Of a stretch of 64,000 nucleotides of DNA, positions 9,822 through 20,289 are shown piece by piece (the first letter of the stretch is position 1; each line of letters opens with the position of its first letter). Source of the stretch: an uncultured Candidatus Saccharibacteria bacterium (GTDB taxonomy: Bacteria > Patescibacteriota > Minisyncoccia > Phycocordibacterales > PALSA-1337); contig CAZQUI010000001.1 in NCBI GenBank assembly GCA_964596595.1, forward strand, positions 15,817 through 79,816, read 5' to 3'. The notes under the pieces were generated by a model that was given only the letters and a program-made list of their open reading frames with translations, did not search any database and was not told the origin of the DNA. The translations under genes and the position numbers were made by a program.

Positions 9822-11141
9822 TCAACTTAAGATCTTTTTGTTGAGATATTCAATAAGGTCAGTTTCTTTGATTCTTTCTTGCTTGCCCGTATCACGATCT
9901 CTCACGGTAACACCCTCTCCTTTTTCAATAGTTTCAAAATCGACGGTGATACAAAACGGCGTACCAATCTCATCCTGACGTCGATAACGTTTACCGATAT
10001 TGCCATTGTCGTCGAAAACAATAGCCGGAATTACTTTTTTTATTTGAGTAAAAATATCTTGAGCTTTTTTAACAAGTTCTGGTTTATTGCGCAAAAGTGG
10101 AAATACCGCCACTTTATATGGAGCAATCGATGGAGCTAATTTTAGATAAGTACGCTTTTCTCCACCTAAATCATCTTCAGTATAAGAATCTGTAAGTATC
10201 GCCAATACTGTGCGATCAACTCCAAATGATGGTTCTATGCAATGAGGAATAAAACGCTCTTTTGTTTCTTCATCATAATAAGAAAGATCTACTTTGCTAA
10301 ATTCTGAATGCTGCTTTAGGTCGAAATCAGTACGATAAGCAAGACCATAAAGCTCTTTTTTTCCAAAAGGATAATCAAACTCAAAATCAATAGTACGTTT
10401 AGAATAATGTGCCCTATCAGTATCAGCAACTTCTAATTCGTGTACTTTTGATTTACTAATACCAACATCAGCAATAAAAGAATGAACTTCATTGCGAAAA
10501 TGTTCAAAGACTTTTTCCCAATCTTTCGGATTAACAAAATATTCTATTTCCATTTGCTCAAATTCACGAGCTCTAAAAAGAAAATCTCTTGGTGCAATTT
10601 CATTACGAAAAGCTTTACCAATTTGAGCCATACCAAACGGTAGTTTTGGATGAAGTGAATCGAGGATGTTTTTAAAATTAACAAACATACCTTGCGCTGT
10701 CTCAGGACGTAGATATGAAATATTGGCGGTCTCTTCTCCAGCTCCGACATGAGTTTTAAACATCATGTTAAATTGTTTTGCTGCGCCAAGTTCCCCGCTA
10801 CAATCTGGACATTTTTTTTGATCCGAAAGCTGATCGGCCCGAAAACGATGTTTACATTTTTTGCATTCAACCAACGGATCGGCAAAACCAGAGACGTGGC
10901 CCGAGGCTTCCCAGGTCTTTTGATTCATGAGTATAGCTGCATCTACTCCGTAGATATCACTGCGGTTGTCTACAAATCTTTTCCACCAAGCATTCTTAAC
11001 ATTATTTTTAAGCATCAAACCCAAAGGCCCATAATCCCAGGTACCAGCCAAACCACCATAAATTTCTGATCCTTGAAAAATAAAGCCCCTTCTTTTGCAA
11101 AGCGAGACTAGAGACTCCATAACATCTTCATGTTTATTCAT
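9822..11141 (-). CDS. glyQS: Glycyl-tRNA synthetase, dimeric alpha2 (archaeal/eukaryotic-type) form
   Basis: N-terminus 'RRGFIFQGSEIYGGLAGTWDYGPLG' and class II motifs. The 439-aa single-chain length matches the alpha2 type. Confidence 0.9.
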   Translation of the reverse strand: MNKHEDVMESLVSLCKRRGFIFQGSEIYGGLAGTWDYGPLGLMLKNNVKNAWWKRFVDNRSDIYGVDAAILMNQKTWEASGHVSGFADPLVECKKCKHRFRADQLSDQKKCPDCSGELGAAKQFNMMFKTHVGAGEETANISYLRPETAQGMFVNFKNILDSLHPKLPFGMAQIGKAFRNEIAPRDFLFRAREFEQMEIEYFVNPKDWEKVFEHFRNEVHSFIADVGISKSKVHELEVADTDRAHYSKRTIDFEFDYPFGKKELYGLAYRTDFDLKQHSEFSKVDLSYYDEETKERFIPHCIEPSFGVDRTVLAILTDSYTEDDLGGEKRTYLKLAPSIAPYKVAVFPLLRNKPELVKKAQDIFTQIKKVIPAIVFDDNGNIGKRYRRQDEIGTPFCITVDFETIEKGEGVTVRDRDTGKQERIKETDLIEYLNKKILS

Positions 11142-11165
11142 CTGGCCATTATATATAGGCTTTTA

Positions 11166-13106
11166 CTATCTTACAACCTTCTCATTACCCTCTTTATATG
11201 TAGGATCGGTACTAAAACGTGTAGTAATATAATCTTGCATACTCTCCAAAGTAACTCCCGTAAATTCATCCGTAGCAACCAAATGTGCTTCTTCAACTAT
11301 ATTTGGAGCTTGATCTACAAGATTAGCTCCTGGTTCAAAAGAAACCTGAAAAGCTACTTCTTTGCGACGATTTGAACCTGCAGTATTAGCACCGACACTA
11401 CCGATGTCCCAAGTAACCACTCCGGTATTATTATCATAAGTAACATTTTCAGTCGAAGGACTAACTTTTCCTAACCAGTCTACATTGTCAGGTAATGACG
11501 CTGTAACTTGAGCATTATTTATCGCATTATAAGCATTATCTACAGTCCAAATAACTGTATAAGTAGTTTTTTGATCAACTTTTGGTGGAATAGGTCCAGT
11601 ATTTGCAAATGGTCCAACAGTTCGAACCAGTCTTCCTGAGAGACTAATAGCTGACGCAACTTTAATATTTTTGACTGCAGCCGAAGCTAAAGTTTCAGGA
11701 ACATTTGATTCTTGAGTACGATTGCCGGAAATACCAACTTTAAGATTTATAAATGGATTTGTATTTGAATTTGGATTTTTATTTGTCGGAACAACAGTAA
11801 ACGATACGCGTCCACTTTTGCCAGCACCAACCGAAGCTAACTCAGGAATGGTAATTTGATTCCAAACAATCTCATCGTTGGATGAACGATACGTGCCCAA
11901 ATCTGGCTGAATTGTTTCCCTGTCATAAGCTGTACCAGAAAGCTTCGCCGTGATTTGCATATTAGAAATTGGTACGGATAAATTATTGAACCATTCAACA
12001 TTTATCCTTACAGATTCACCAAAACGAGCAGCGTACTCTTTTTCAGGCTCATCATTATTTGCAGATATTTGCACAGATACAAATGGTTTTTCTATAGCTA
12101 ACTCCCTATCTATAGAGGCATACTCTGTACCGATCTCATCATTACTCTTTGAACTCTGGGCACCGACTTTAAAATGAAAAACTCTAATGTCTGTATTTTC
12201 ACCCTCAACTACTCCTTTGATTGTAACCTTTCTAGTACCTCCAGGTGGAATATCACCTATCTTCCAAACTGCGTTATCTGATAACGGTTTTGGATCGGAT
12301 GAGCGGAAAGTAAATCCAAAAGGATATTCACTACGTAGTAAAACATTTTTAAGAGTTTCCGAAGAATTCGATTTGAGTTCAATTTTAAATTCAAAATCTT
12401 GTCCAGAAGTTACTTCTGTAAAAGAAGAAACTTCCATACTTATCGGTGAAGAACTTATTAAAACATCGTAACTTCTAGTCTTTGTAAAAACTGACGAGGA
12501 ACCTTTTACGGAATAAGTAACCGTTACTTCTATTTGTTTTTGAATGTTTTCTTCTCCGAAAATAATAGCGCTAACTTTTTTATCTGCAGATTTACCCGCT
12601 GGTATATCTCCCACTAATTCTCTATAAGATCTCATCTCTTTATTTTGATCAGAAGGATCTACAGTTCCATCTGGAAATTCCAATGAAAGATCGACCGCTT
12701 CTAAATCGATGTTATTTTTATTTGAAACTCTAACATCAAAATTAATTGGTTCCCCGCCAGAAACTGAAACCGGTCCATTGATTACTATGTCTATATTGTC
12801 TGCTGAAATTAGATTTGCTCCACGGAAAAATAAAAATGCTCCTAAACTAATAGACAATAAACAAAAGATAGCAGATGCTACTAAAAATTTACTAAAAAAA
12901 GACATTGGTAAATATTCTTTATATTCTTCATTTAAAGTAACAGGCTCTATAGGTTCTTCTTCTTTACGATCCCAAGACTTTTTGATATCAGAACTTTTCT
13001 CAAAAAAACGTAATTTGCGGCGCGTTCGAACATCAGGCGCTGATCTAGAGTATAGCGACTTTTGAAGCTCATCAATGCGACTTTCATCATCAGATGGCAT
13101 TAGCAT
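11166..13106 (-). CDS. Surface-exposed membrane-anchored protein with repeated beta-sandwich (CARDB/DUF11-like) modules
   Basis: About 70 aa cytoplasmic N-terminus, one TM helix (FLVASAIFCLLSISLGAFLFF), then roughly four ~100-aa repeats of the pattern 'V.V.N.....L..V.L....P.GF'. No catalytic motif recognised. Confidence 0.4.
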   Translation of the reverse strand: MLMPSDDESRIDELQKSLYSRSAPDVRTRRKLRFFEKSSDIKKSWDRKEEEPIEPVTLNEEYKEYLPMSFFSKFLVASAIFCLLSISLGAFLFFRGANLISADNIDIVINGPVSVSGGEPINFDVRVSNKNNIDLEAVDLSLEFPDGTVDPSDQNKEMRSYRELVGDIPAGKSADKKVSAIIFGEENIQKQIEVTVTYSVKGSSSVFTKTRSYDVLISSSPISMEVSSFTEVTSGQDFEFKIELKSNSSETLKNVLLRSEYPFGFTFRSSDPKPLSDNAVWKIGDIPPGGTRKVTIKGVVEGENTDIRVFHFKVGAQSSKSNDEIGTEYASIDRELAIEKPFVSVQISANNDEPEKEYAARFGESVRINVEWFNNLSVPISNMQITAKLSGTAYDRETIQPDLGTYRSSNDEIVWNQITIPELASVGAGKSGRVSFTVVPTNKNPNSNTNPFINLKVGISGNRTQESNVPETLASAAVKNIKVASAISLSGRLVRTVGPFANTGPIPPKVDQKTTYTVIWTVDNAYNAINNAQVTASLPDNVDWLGKVSPSTENVTYDNNTGVVTWDIGSVGANTAGSNRRKEVAFQVSFEPGANLVDQAPNIVEEAHLVATDEFTGVTLESMQDYITTRFSTDPTYKEGNEKVVR

Positions 13107-13118
13107 TAGTTTAACATA

Positions 13119-13700
13119 TTATAAATGTGAAGCCTGCAAAGAAGAATTAATAATCCCGTTAATTTTTAATCTCGAAACTGACATACTTGCCAAAATTTCT
13201 TCGGAAAGATTATTAGAGATTACAAACGGTCGAACTATTTCACTATCTCCAACATATCCTAAAAGATTTAAAATTCGTAAAGCGGTCAACGACTCTAATT
13301 CTGGTAATTTTTCTTTTGAAAGATTGCTTATATATTTAAATGTTGAATACAAACAATCAAAAAGTTCCGGATGCGGCTCTTCCCCATGAAGTAAGCGCCT
13401 TAATAAATTTGCCATTCTGATATTTAATAAAATTTCCTGTTTAAAATTATCATTAGGCTGCGAATATTCTAAAGCTTGAGCATTTGTGAGTCGCCAAAAC
13501 TCCTTACCTTTAACCAAAGAAAATATTCCAAAAGCATAATCTTTTACATGATAACGAAGTTTTGATTTTTCAAAACGTATACCCTGCGCCACAACAGTTA
13601 CTAAACCCAGATCACGAGTAAATACAGACAGGATTTTTCCTGCTTCAGCAAATGGGCGTGAACTGATAATAAAACCTGATGTAGTGGTGATGCTGTACAT
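13119..13700 (-). CDS. recO: DNA repair protein RecO (short form)
   Basis: N-terminal OB-fold block 'GFIISSRPFAEAGKILSVFTRDLGLVTVVAQGIRFEKSKL' typical of RecO; 193 aa. Confidence 0.6.
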   Translation of the reverse strand: MYSITTTSGFIISSRPFAEAGKILSVFTRDLGLVTVVAQGIRFEKSKLRYHVKDYAFGIFSLVKGKEFWRLTNAQALEYSQPNDNFKQEILLNIRMANLLRRLLHGEEPHPELFDCLYSTFKYISNLSKEKLPELESLTALRILNLLGYVGDSEIVRPFVISNNLSEEILASMSVSRLKINGIINSSLQASHL

Positions 13701-13726
13701 AGGTATAAGTAATAGCTAGACCTACC

Positions 13727-16700
13727 CTAGCTATTAACATCAAAAGTATCACCAAAATTAATAGCTGATAGCCCGGTGGTCTTCTTTATTTCTGCTTCAA
13801 ATTTTGAGGCTAGATTTTTCATATCTACCGGTAAGGTCAATACTGCAACATCCTGAACTGATAAGTTTTTTTCCTTACGCATATCTTGAATTTTTCTCAT
13901 AAGTTCACGCAGATCACCCTCTTCTTTTAATTCAGGTGTGATATTCGTATCAAGTAAAACATCTGTTGAAATAAGAATATCTGAAACAACATTTTTAACA
14001 TTTACTTCATCTTGAATAAGTTTTATCAACTCAATATTATTAATTTTCATTTCTCTGACTTTCAAGGTTGCCAAAGGTTGCCTAACATTTATTTTTACTT
14101 TCATACGAGCCTCCAAGCCAAGTGAGGCTATTTTTCTAACACTTTCCATATCTTTTAATAATTCCTGATCTACAACGCCTCCTTTTGGCCAATCTTCAAG
14201 ATGCACACTCTCCTTTTCACCACCAACTTCTTTGTATAAATATTCAGCAAAAAATGGTACAAATGGTGCCAAAATTTTTGCTAATGTAACTAAAACATAT
14301 TTAGTAGTTATCATTGCATCCACAGAATCTTCCGCACCGACTTTAAATCTATCTCTTGAACGACGCAAATACCACTGAGAGAGATCTGCAACAAAATCTC
14401 TTATTGCTCTTGTTGGTTCTAACAAATTATAAGAATCAAGTCCTTTTTTTACATCTTCATTGAGTTGATTAAGTTTGGATATAATCCATTGATCAAGAAC
14501 ATGTTGTGATTCGGTGTTTGATTTTTGATTTTTAATTTTTGACGTATCTTCATATGTCTTATAAAAAGAATTTACGTTCACAATTAAATTGAAAACTTTT
14601 TTAACTACTTCATCAACTGTTTTCTCATCGAAGTTTTTAGATTCTCCTGGCTGATTAACCGAATACATCCAAAACCTAAGAGCATCAGCACCGTATTTGT
14701 CCATCATGTTCCAAGGATTAACGACATTACCAATAGATTTACTCATCTTCTTGCCTTCAGCATCCAAAATATGACCAAGGCAAATAACATTTTTATAAGC
14801 TTTACCTTTGCCCATAAGTACACCAATTGCATGTAACGTATAAAACCAACCTCTCGTTTGATCTATAGCCTCGGAAATAAAATCAGCTGGATAATGAGTA
14901 GCTTTTGTAAGCAGACCACCATCTATCTCTTTTTTATTTTCAAAAGGATAATGATCTTGTGCAAAAGGCATGGCTCCACTATCAAACCAAACATCCATAA
15001 CTTCCTTTACACGTTTCATCTCTCCTCCACATTTACAAGGAAGTTTTACATCATCTATATAAGGACGATGAAGGTCTAGCTCATATTCATGATTATGAGG
15101 AATAATTGAAAAATCCAACTCTCGAATCTGAGCATTTTTGATAAAGTCCACATCATCACGCATGTGCATAGACTGGGAACGATTCCAACCTTTTGCTGCT
15201 GCAAAAAGAAGAAAGGCTGGAGTTTCGTGAGTAACTATCAGAATAGTTTTATCTTGATATTTTTGTTCAATGTCATACAGAAAATCTCCCATGCGCTTCT
15301 TGATATCAGAAAATGTTTCTCCTCCACCTTCTGGAGCCAGCGTAAAACGATCGTGACCTTTGAAGCCTTTTACAAAATCAGTAACTGGACGACCGTCCCA
15401 AGTACCAGTACCAAGTTCACTAATACGCGCATCTACGTGAACCAATTCTTGAGGAATAGATAATTTTTCCGTCAAAATTGCTGCTGTTTCTTTTGTTCGA
15501 ACAAATGGCGAAACAAAAACTAGATCAAATTTTTGTTTACGTAAAGATTCTGCGGCCAAAGCAACTTGCTCTCGACCTTTATCCGTAAGATGGTGTGGAA
15601 CCTCAGGTTTTCCAGACAATATACCTTTTACATTATTTTCTGCTTCACCATGACGAATGACAAAATACTTATTACGTGGACTCTTGGAAACATCAGCTAC
15701 CGAACCGACTACTTTTTTGTTTTTACAAACTTCACAAACCCATACCGGCAAAGGTGTTCCCCAATATCGTTCACGCGATATAGCCCAGTCTTTGACCTCA
15801 CGTAACCATTCTCCAAAACGACCTTCTTTAATATGAAATGGTTCCCAATTGATAGTCTCATTTTCTTTGACTAACTTATGTCTCAAATCTGACATCTTGA
15901 TATACCAAGAATCTCGAGCAAAATAAATAAGTGGGGTTTTGCAGCGCCAACAATGCGGATAACTATGTTCATGTTTTTCTTTATGAAAAAGCAAACTACC
16001 CTGCGGACGATTGGCTAAATCTTTTATGACTTCTACTGAAACTGCTTCATCTTTAACAAATTTTCCAGCTAAAAAACCGGCTTCTTGTTTGAAAGTTCCA
16101 TCATCATTTACTAAATGATATTTTGGTAAGCCAACTTTTGTTCCCAGGGTAAAATCGTCTTGACCATACATAGGGGCAATATGAACAATCCCTGTACCGT
16201 CAGCAGTATTTACAAAGTCTGCGGCATAAACCTTGAAAGCTTGTGCCAGCTTTTCTTTTTCTGAACCACTAACATTATCTTTCAAAAATGGATACAGGGG
16301 TTCATATTCGAGACCGACAAGGTCTTCCCCTATAACATCCTTCCATTCGGGACCTGGATATTTATGTGATAAATCCTTAGCTACGATTATATTTTCCCCC
16401 GCCCATTTCGAAATTCTATATTCAATTTTCGGATTAATTGCAAGCGCAGCATTCCCTGGTAATGTCCAAGGTGTAGTTGTCCATGCAAGTAAAAATACAT
16501 CTCCTGCCACCCCGATTTTTTCGGAATTTTTAACTTTGAATTTTACATAAACAGAGAGATCTTTGACTGTCTGATAACCTTGAGCCAATTCATGAGAAGA
16601 TAGACCGGTGCCACATCTCGGACACCACGGTACTACTTTGTAATCTTTGTACAAAAGACCATCGTTATCGACTTTGTGAATAATATGCCAAAGAGATTCA

Positions 16701-17188
16701 ATGTAATCTGGTTTATAAGTTACATAAGGATCCTTGAGATCTACCCAATAACCCATACGACCTGTAAATTTTTCCCACTCTTTTACATATTTCCAAACAC
16801 TGTCTTTGCATTTTTCATTGAATTTCTCTATGCCATAAACTTCAATTTCTTTTTTAGATTTAAGACCGAGCTCTTTCTCTACCTGCAGCTCAACAGGCAA
16901 ACCATGAGTATCCCAACCTCCCTTTCGACTTACATGAAATCCTTGCATGGTTTTGTAACGAGGAATAGCATCTTTGAAGGCGCGAGCTTCGAGATGGTGA
17001 ATACCTGGTAAACCATTGGCAGTTGGAGGTCCTTCATAAAACACAAACTCTTTACCAGTATCAGCATTTTTGTGTAGGGTTTTTTTGAAAATACCCTCTT
17101 TATTCCAATACTCCAAAATAACCTCCTCACGTAGAGCATGAGAAGACTTATCTATCTTTTTTTCATTTAAATCCTTTTGATCAGCCAT
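13727..17188 (-). CDS. ileS: Isoleucyl-tRNA synthetase carrying an inserted histidine-phosphatase (PGM-like) domain
   Basis: 'PPTANGLPGIHHLEA' (HIGH) and 'KMSKSIGN' are present, with editing (CP1) and anticodon-binding regions. About 195 aa with 'FVIRHGEAENN', 'SPFVRTKETA', 'ISELGTGTWDG' and 'IVTHE' is inserted between 'WAISRERYWGTPLPVW' and 'DLHRPYIDDV'. Confidence 0.9.
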   Translation of the reverse strand: MADQKDLNEKKIDKSSHALREEVILEYWNKEGIFKKTLHKNADTGKEFVFYEGPPTANGLPGIHHLEARAFKDAIPRYKTMQGFHVSRKGGWDTHGLPVELQVEKELGLKSKKEIEVYGIEKFNEKCKDSVWKYVKEWEKFTGRMGYWVDLKDPYVTYKPDYIESLWHIIHKVDNDGLLYKDYKVVPWCPRCGTGLSSHELAQGYQTVKDLSVYVKFKVKNSEKIGVAGDVFLLAWTTTPWTLPGNAALAINPKIEYRISKWAGENIIVAKDLSHKYPGPEWKDVIGEDLVGLEYEPLYPFLKDNVSGSEKEKLAQAFKVYAADFVNTADGTGIVHIAPMYGQDDFTLGTKVGLPKYHLVNDDGTFKQEAGFLAGKFVKDEAVSVEVIKDLANRPQGSLLFHKEKHEHSYPHCWRCKTPLIYFARDSWYIKMSDLRHKLVKENETINWEPFHIKEGRFGEWLREVKDWAISRERYWGTPLPVWVCEVCKNKKVVGSVADVSKSPRNKYFVIRHGEAENNVKGILSGKPEVPHHLTDKGREQVALAAESLRKQKFDLVFVSPFVRTKETAAILTEKLSIPQELVHVDARISELGTGTWDGRPVTDFVKGFKGHDRFTLAPEGGGETFSDIKKRMGDFLYDIEQKYQDKTILIVTHETPAFLLFAAAKGWNRSQSMHMRDDVDFIKNAQIRELDFSIIPHNHEYELDLHRPYIDDVKLPCKCGGEMKRVKEVMDVWFDSGAMPFAQDHYPFENKKEIDGGLLTKATHYPADFISEAIDQTRGWFYTLHAIGVLMGKGKAYKNVICLGHILDAEGKKMSKSIGNVVNPWNMMDKYGADALRFWMYSVNQPGESKNFDEKTVDEVVKKVFNLIVNVNSFYKTYEDTSKIKNQKSNTESQHVLDQWIISKLNQLNEDVKKGLDSYNLLEPTRAIRDFVADLSQWYLRRSRDRFKVGAEDSVDAMITTKYVLVTLAKILAPFVPFFAEYLYKEVGGEKESVHLEDWPKGGVVDQELLKDMESVRKIASLGLEARMKVKINVRQPLATLKVREMKINNIELIKLIQDEVNVKNVVSDILISTDVLLDTNITPELKEEGDLRELMRKIQDMRKEKNLSVQDVAVLTLPVDMKNLASKFEAEIKKTTGLSAINFGDTFDVNS

Positions 17189-17246
17189 TTATATAAAGTA
17201 GAGCTATTTTAGCATATTGGCAAGGTTGTACCTCCCTGAAGCTTTT

Positions 17247-18995
17247 TTACATCTTTTGAGGAATTTTTATTCCCAACACCCACAAACCATTATTCATAAC
17301 AGTAACAAATGATTGAGTAACTGCTACTCGATACAAAGACAGAGGATCATTTTTATCAACAATAACCTGTGCAGCGTAGAAACTATTAAAAGCTCCCGCC
17401 AAAGCAATCAGATAACTAGCCAAGTGCTGTGGAGCAAATTCTCGACGAGCACGAGTAACCATATCAGGAAAACGAGATATTAATTTTTCCAGCTGAGATA
17501 TAGAAGCCTGACCTTCAAAATAAGAATTCAAAATCGAAGCGTCTATAATCAAACCTTCAGCTTTTGCTTTTTCCAAAACAGCCTTGGCTCGCACCACTGC
17601 ATATTGAAGGTAAGGACCAGAATCCCCTTCAAAAGATATAGACTTGGCCGAATCAAAGATAACATCACTACCAATAGACTGACGTAAGATTGTATATTTA
17701 ATTGCCCCAATAGCAATTATGTCTGATATTTCTTCCACTTCTTCTGAAGTAAAGTCCCGCGTAGCAATTTTTTCTTTAACTAAATTTTTTATCTCCGCAA
17801 TCAAAGATTCTGCTGAAACAATATTTCCTTTTCGAGAAGACATTTTACCGTCAGTTCTCCTTAGAATTCCATGACTCATATGCTTCGTCTTATCTCCCAC
17901 TAAAGGATTAATCAAAGAAAAAACTTTAAGTAAAACTTTAAAATAATCACTTTGCTCATTGGCAGTGACTATAATTGAGCGATCGAGCTTTGGATATAAT
18001 TTGAACTTTTCAGTATTGAGACCGAGTTCTTTGGTCTCATAAGTAGGTAAACCATTTGAGGTAATAAAGACACGGGTATGCACACCATGATCATCACCTT
18101 TAAAAATAACTGCTCCTTCACTTTCCTGAAACACACCCTTAGGTAAAAATTCTTTAACTATCTTTACACCAACATCAGCAACTTCACTTTCAAAAAAGAA
18201 ATTGTTAAATTTTGTGCCGAGAAGTCTATAGATTTCATCAAAATATTCCAAACTCCATTTTCTTCCTTCTTCATATATCAAATTTATCTCTGGGTCTGAT
18301 TTCTCAAAGACTTTCTTATTAATAACATTTATTTCTTTTTGAGCCTCAGGATTTTCTTCATAAGCATTTGATCCTACAACATACATTTCCCCCAAATAAT
18401 TCACCCCTTCTTTTGTTGTATTAAATTTTTGATCCTTGATTTTTGATCCTTGATCTTGTGTTATGGCCCAGATCGTTTTTGCCACATGTAAACCAACATC
18501 ACCCTGATAACAAGCTCTTACGACATCTGCTCCACCCGATTGAACTAACCTGGAAATAGATTCACCTACCGTGTTAGCCATGAGGTGACCGATATGAAAA
18601 ACTTTAAAAGGATTTGGGTCGGTATACTCAACCATCACCTGTTTACCTTTATCTTCATCTACCCAACCATATTCCCCATCACTGCCAGCAACATCCACAA
18701 TCTTTTTTACAAAGATAAAATTTTTTATTTTGAAATTGATAAAACCAGGACCAGCAACACTGACTGATTCAATAAATTGAGGTAAATCTTTTTTAAATTC
18801 TTCAACAATATTTTCGGCCAAAGCTTTTGGATTACTACCGACCTGTTTGGCATATATAAGAGCCACGTTGGTAGAATAATCTCCATGCTCAGGATTTTCT
18901 GGGTATTCAAGGCGAATAGACAAAGGATCCAGTGCAAGTCCTACTCTTGTCACAACAGAAATAATATTTTTATTTAATTCTTCAATAAGATTCAT
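17247..18995 (-). CDS. argS: Arginyl-tRNA synthetase
   Basis: N-terminal Arg-tRNA-synt_N block 'HGDYSTNVAL', 'HIGHLMANTVG' (HIGH) and C-terminal DALR-type anticodon-binding region; 582 aa. Confidence 0.9.
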   Translation of the reverse strand: MNLIEELNKNIISVVTRVGLALDPLSIRLEYPENPEHGDYSTNVALIYAKQVGSNPKALAENIVEEFKKDLPQFIESVSVAGPGFINFKIKNFIFVKKIVDVAGSDGEYGWVDEDKGKQVMVEYTDPNPFKVFHIGHLMANTVGESISRLVQSGGADVVRACYQGDVGLHVAKTIWAITQDQGSKIKDQKFNTTKEGVNYLGEMYVVGSNAYEENPEAQKEINVINKKVFEKSDPEINLIYEEGRKWSLEYFDEIYRLLGTKFNNFFFESEVADVGVKIVKEFLPKGVFQESEGAVIFKGDDHGVHTRVFITSNGLPTYETKELGLNTEKFKLYPKLDRSIIVTANEQSDYFKVLLKVFSLINPLVGDKTKHMSHGILRRTDGKMSSRKGNIVSAESLIAEIKNLVKEKIATRDFTSEEVEEISDIIAIGAIKYTILRQSIGSDVIFDSAKSISFEGDSGPYLQYAVVRAKAVLEKAKAEGLIIDASILNSYFEGQASISQLEKLISRFPDMVTRARREFAPQHLASYLIALAGAFNSFYAAQVIVDKNDPLSLYRVAVTQSFVTVMNNGLWVLGIKIPQKM

Positions 18996-18999
18996 AATT

Positions 19000-20199
19000 T
19001 TATTTTCTCAAGACCTTGTCTATCATCTGGGCAATTTTTCTAAAATCTTTTTCTTTTTTACCTCTCGTAGTTTCGGCTGCTGTACCCAAACGAATACCTG
19101 ACGGATCTACAGCGCTTCTTGTATCTCCTGGAATAGCGTTTTTATTAACAATAATTCCAACTTTTTCCAGACGATCACTCGCTTCTTTACCAGAAATACC
19201 TTGCCCATTCATCCACGTATCCATAAGTATGAGATGACTATCAGTACCACCGGAAATAATTTTCCAACCTAATTTTTTAAGTTCATCTGCAAACGCTGCT
19301 GCATTTTTTATAACCTGATGGGCGTATTTTTTGAAAGCCGGAGTCGCCGCTTCCTTGAGCGCCACCGCTACTGCTGCAATCTGATTGATATGCGGACCAC
19401 CTTGTAAACCAGGAAATACCGCTTTGTCTATCAATTCTCCGAAAGTTTGTTCCACCCCTTTGGTATTGGTAACTTTTTTATCATTTCGAGAAAAAATAAG
19501 TGCACTCCGTGGACCACGAAGAGTTTTGTGTACAGTGGTAGTCACAACGTCTGCATATTCAAATGGTGAAGGATAAACTTTTCCTGCAACTAAGCCTGCA
19601 ATGTGAGACATATCTACCATAAATATTGCTCCGCAAGCATGAGCAATTTCACTTAATTTTTTAAAATCTACTTTTCTCGGATATGCCGTAAATCCACCAA
19701 CGATGATATTTGGTTTTTCGGCTAGAGCTTTTATTTTTAAATTTTCATAATCGATAATCTCTGATTTTGAATCAACTCCAAAAGGTACTTGTACCCAAGC
19801 CTTACCAGTCATGGAAACTTTGTGACCGTGAGTAAGATGGCCACCATGATCCAAAGACATACCCATAATCTTTCCCCCCAGAGGAACGAGAGCTAAATAA
19901 ACTGCTAAGTTTGCAGGTGATCCAGAAAGTGCTTGGACATTTACGTGCCACCTTGAAGAATTTAAATTGAAAAGTTTTAATGCCCTCTCGATAGTCAAAG
20001 ACTCGATTTTATCAACCATTTCGTTTCCACCATAGTATCTCTTTTTCGGATAACCTTCAGCGTATTTATTGGTTAATTCTGAACCAAGAGCCTCTAAAAC
20101 ATCTTTAGAAACAATATTTTCTGAAGCAATTAAATTTATAACCTTTTTTTGACGCTTATTTTCGGCCTCTATAAGTTTTTTGATTTGCACGTCTTTCAT
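19000..20199 (-). CDS. glyA: Serine hydroxymethyltransferase
   Basis: 'LIASENIVSKDVLEALGSELTNKYAEGYP' and the PLP-lysine region 'TTTVHKTLRGPR'. The start is set at MKDVQIKK (ATG 20199). The 36 upstream codons of the six-frame ORF overlap a terminator hairpin and are treated as leader. Confidence 0.85.
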   Translation of the reverse strand: MKDVQIKKLIEAENKRQKKVINLIASENIVSKDVLEALGSELTNKYAEGYPKKRYYGGNEMVDKIESLTIERALKLFNLNSSRWHVNVQALSGSPANLAVYLALVPLGGKIMGMSLDHGGHLTHGHKVSMTGKAWVQVPFGVDSKSEIIDYENLKIKALAEKPNIIVGGFTAYPRKVDFKKLSEIAHACGAIFMVDMSHIAGLVAGKVYPSPFEYADVVTTTVHKTLRGPRSALIFSRNDKKVTNTKGVEQTFGELIDKAVFPGLQGGPHINQIAAVAVALKEAATPAFKKYAHQVIKNAAAFADELKKLGWKIISGGTDSHLILMDTWMNGQGISGKEASDRLEKVGIIVNKNAIPGDTRSAVDPSGIRLGTAAETTRGKKEKDFRKIAQMIDKVLRK

Positions 20200-20240
20200 A
20201 AGATCGATTGTATCATAATTATGAGCAGCATGACCTATTT

Positions 20241-20281
20241 TATATAAAAATCCCGCCACACCATAAAATGATGTGACGGGA
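20241..20281 (-). terminator. Leader intrinsic terminator (attenuator) about 40 nt upstream of the glyA start
   Basis: On the minus strand, UCCCGUCACAUCA-UUUUA-UGGUGUGGCGGGA forms a 13-bp stem (two G-U pairs) followed by UUUUUAUAUA. Confidence 0.55.
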
Positions 20282-20289
20282 TCGCGCAT

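Noticed and set aside
18425-18460. Short 'gatc(c)ttgatttttgat' tandem words inside argS and again inside polA (57640-57680).
   Set aside because: These are low-complexity AT-rich codon repeats (Lys/Ile/Asp/Gln) inside well-supported coding regions, not mobile repeats.
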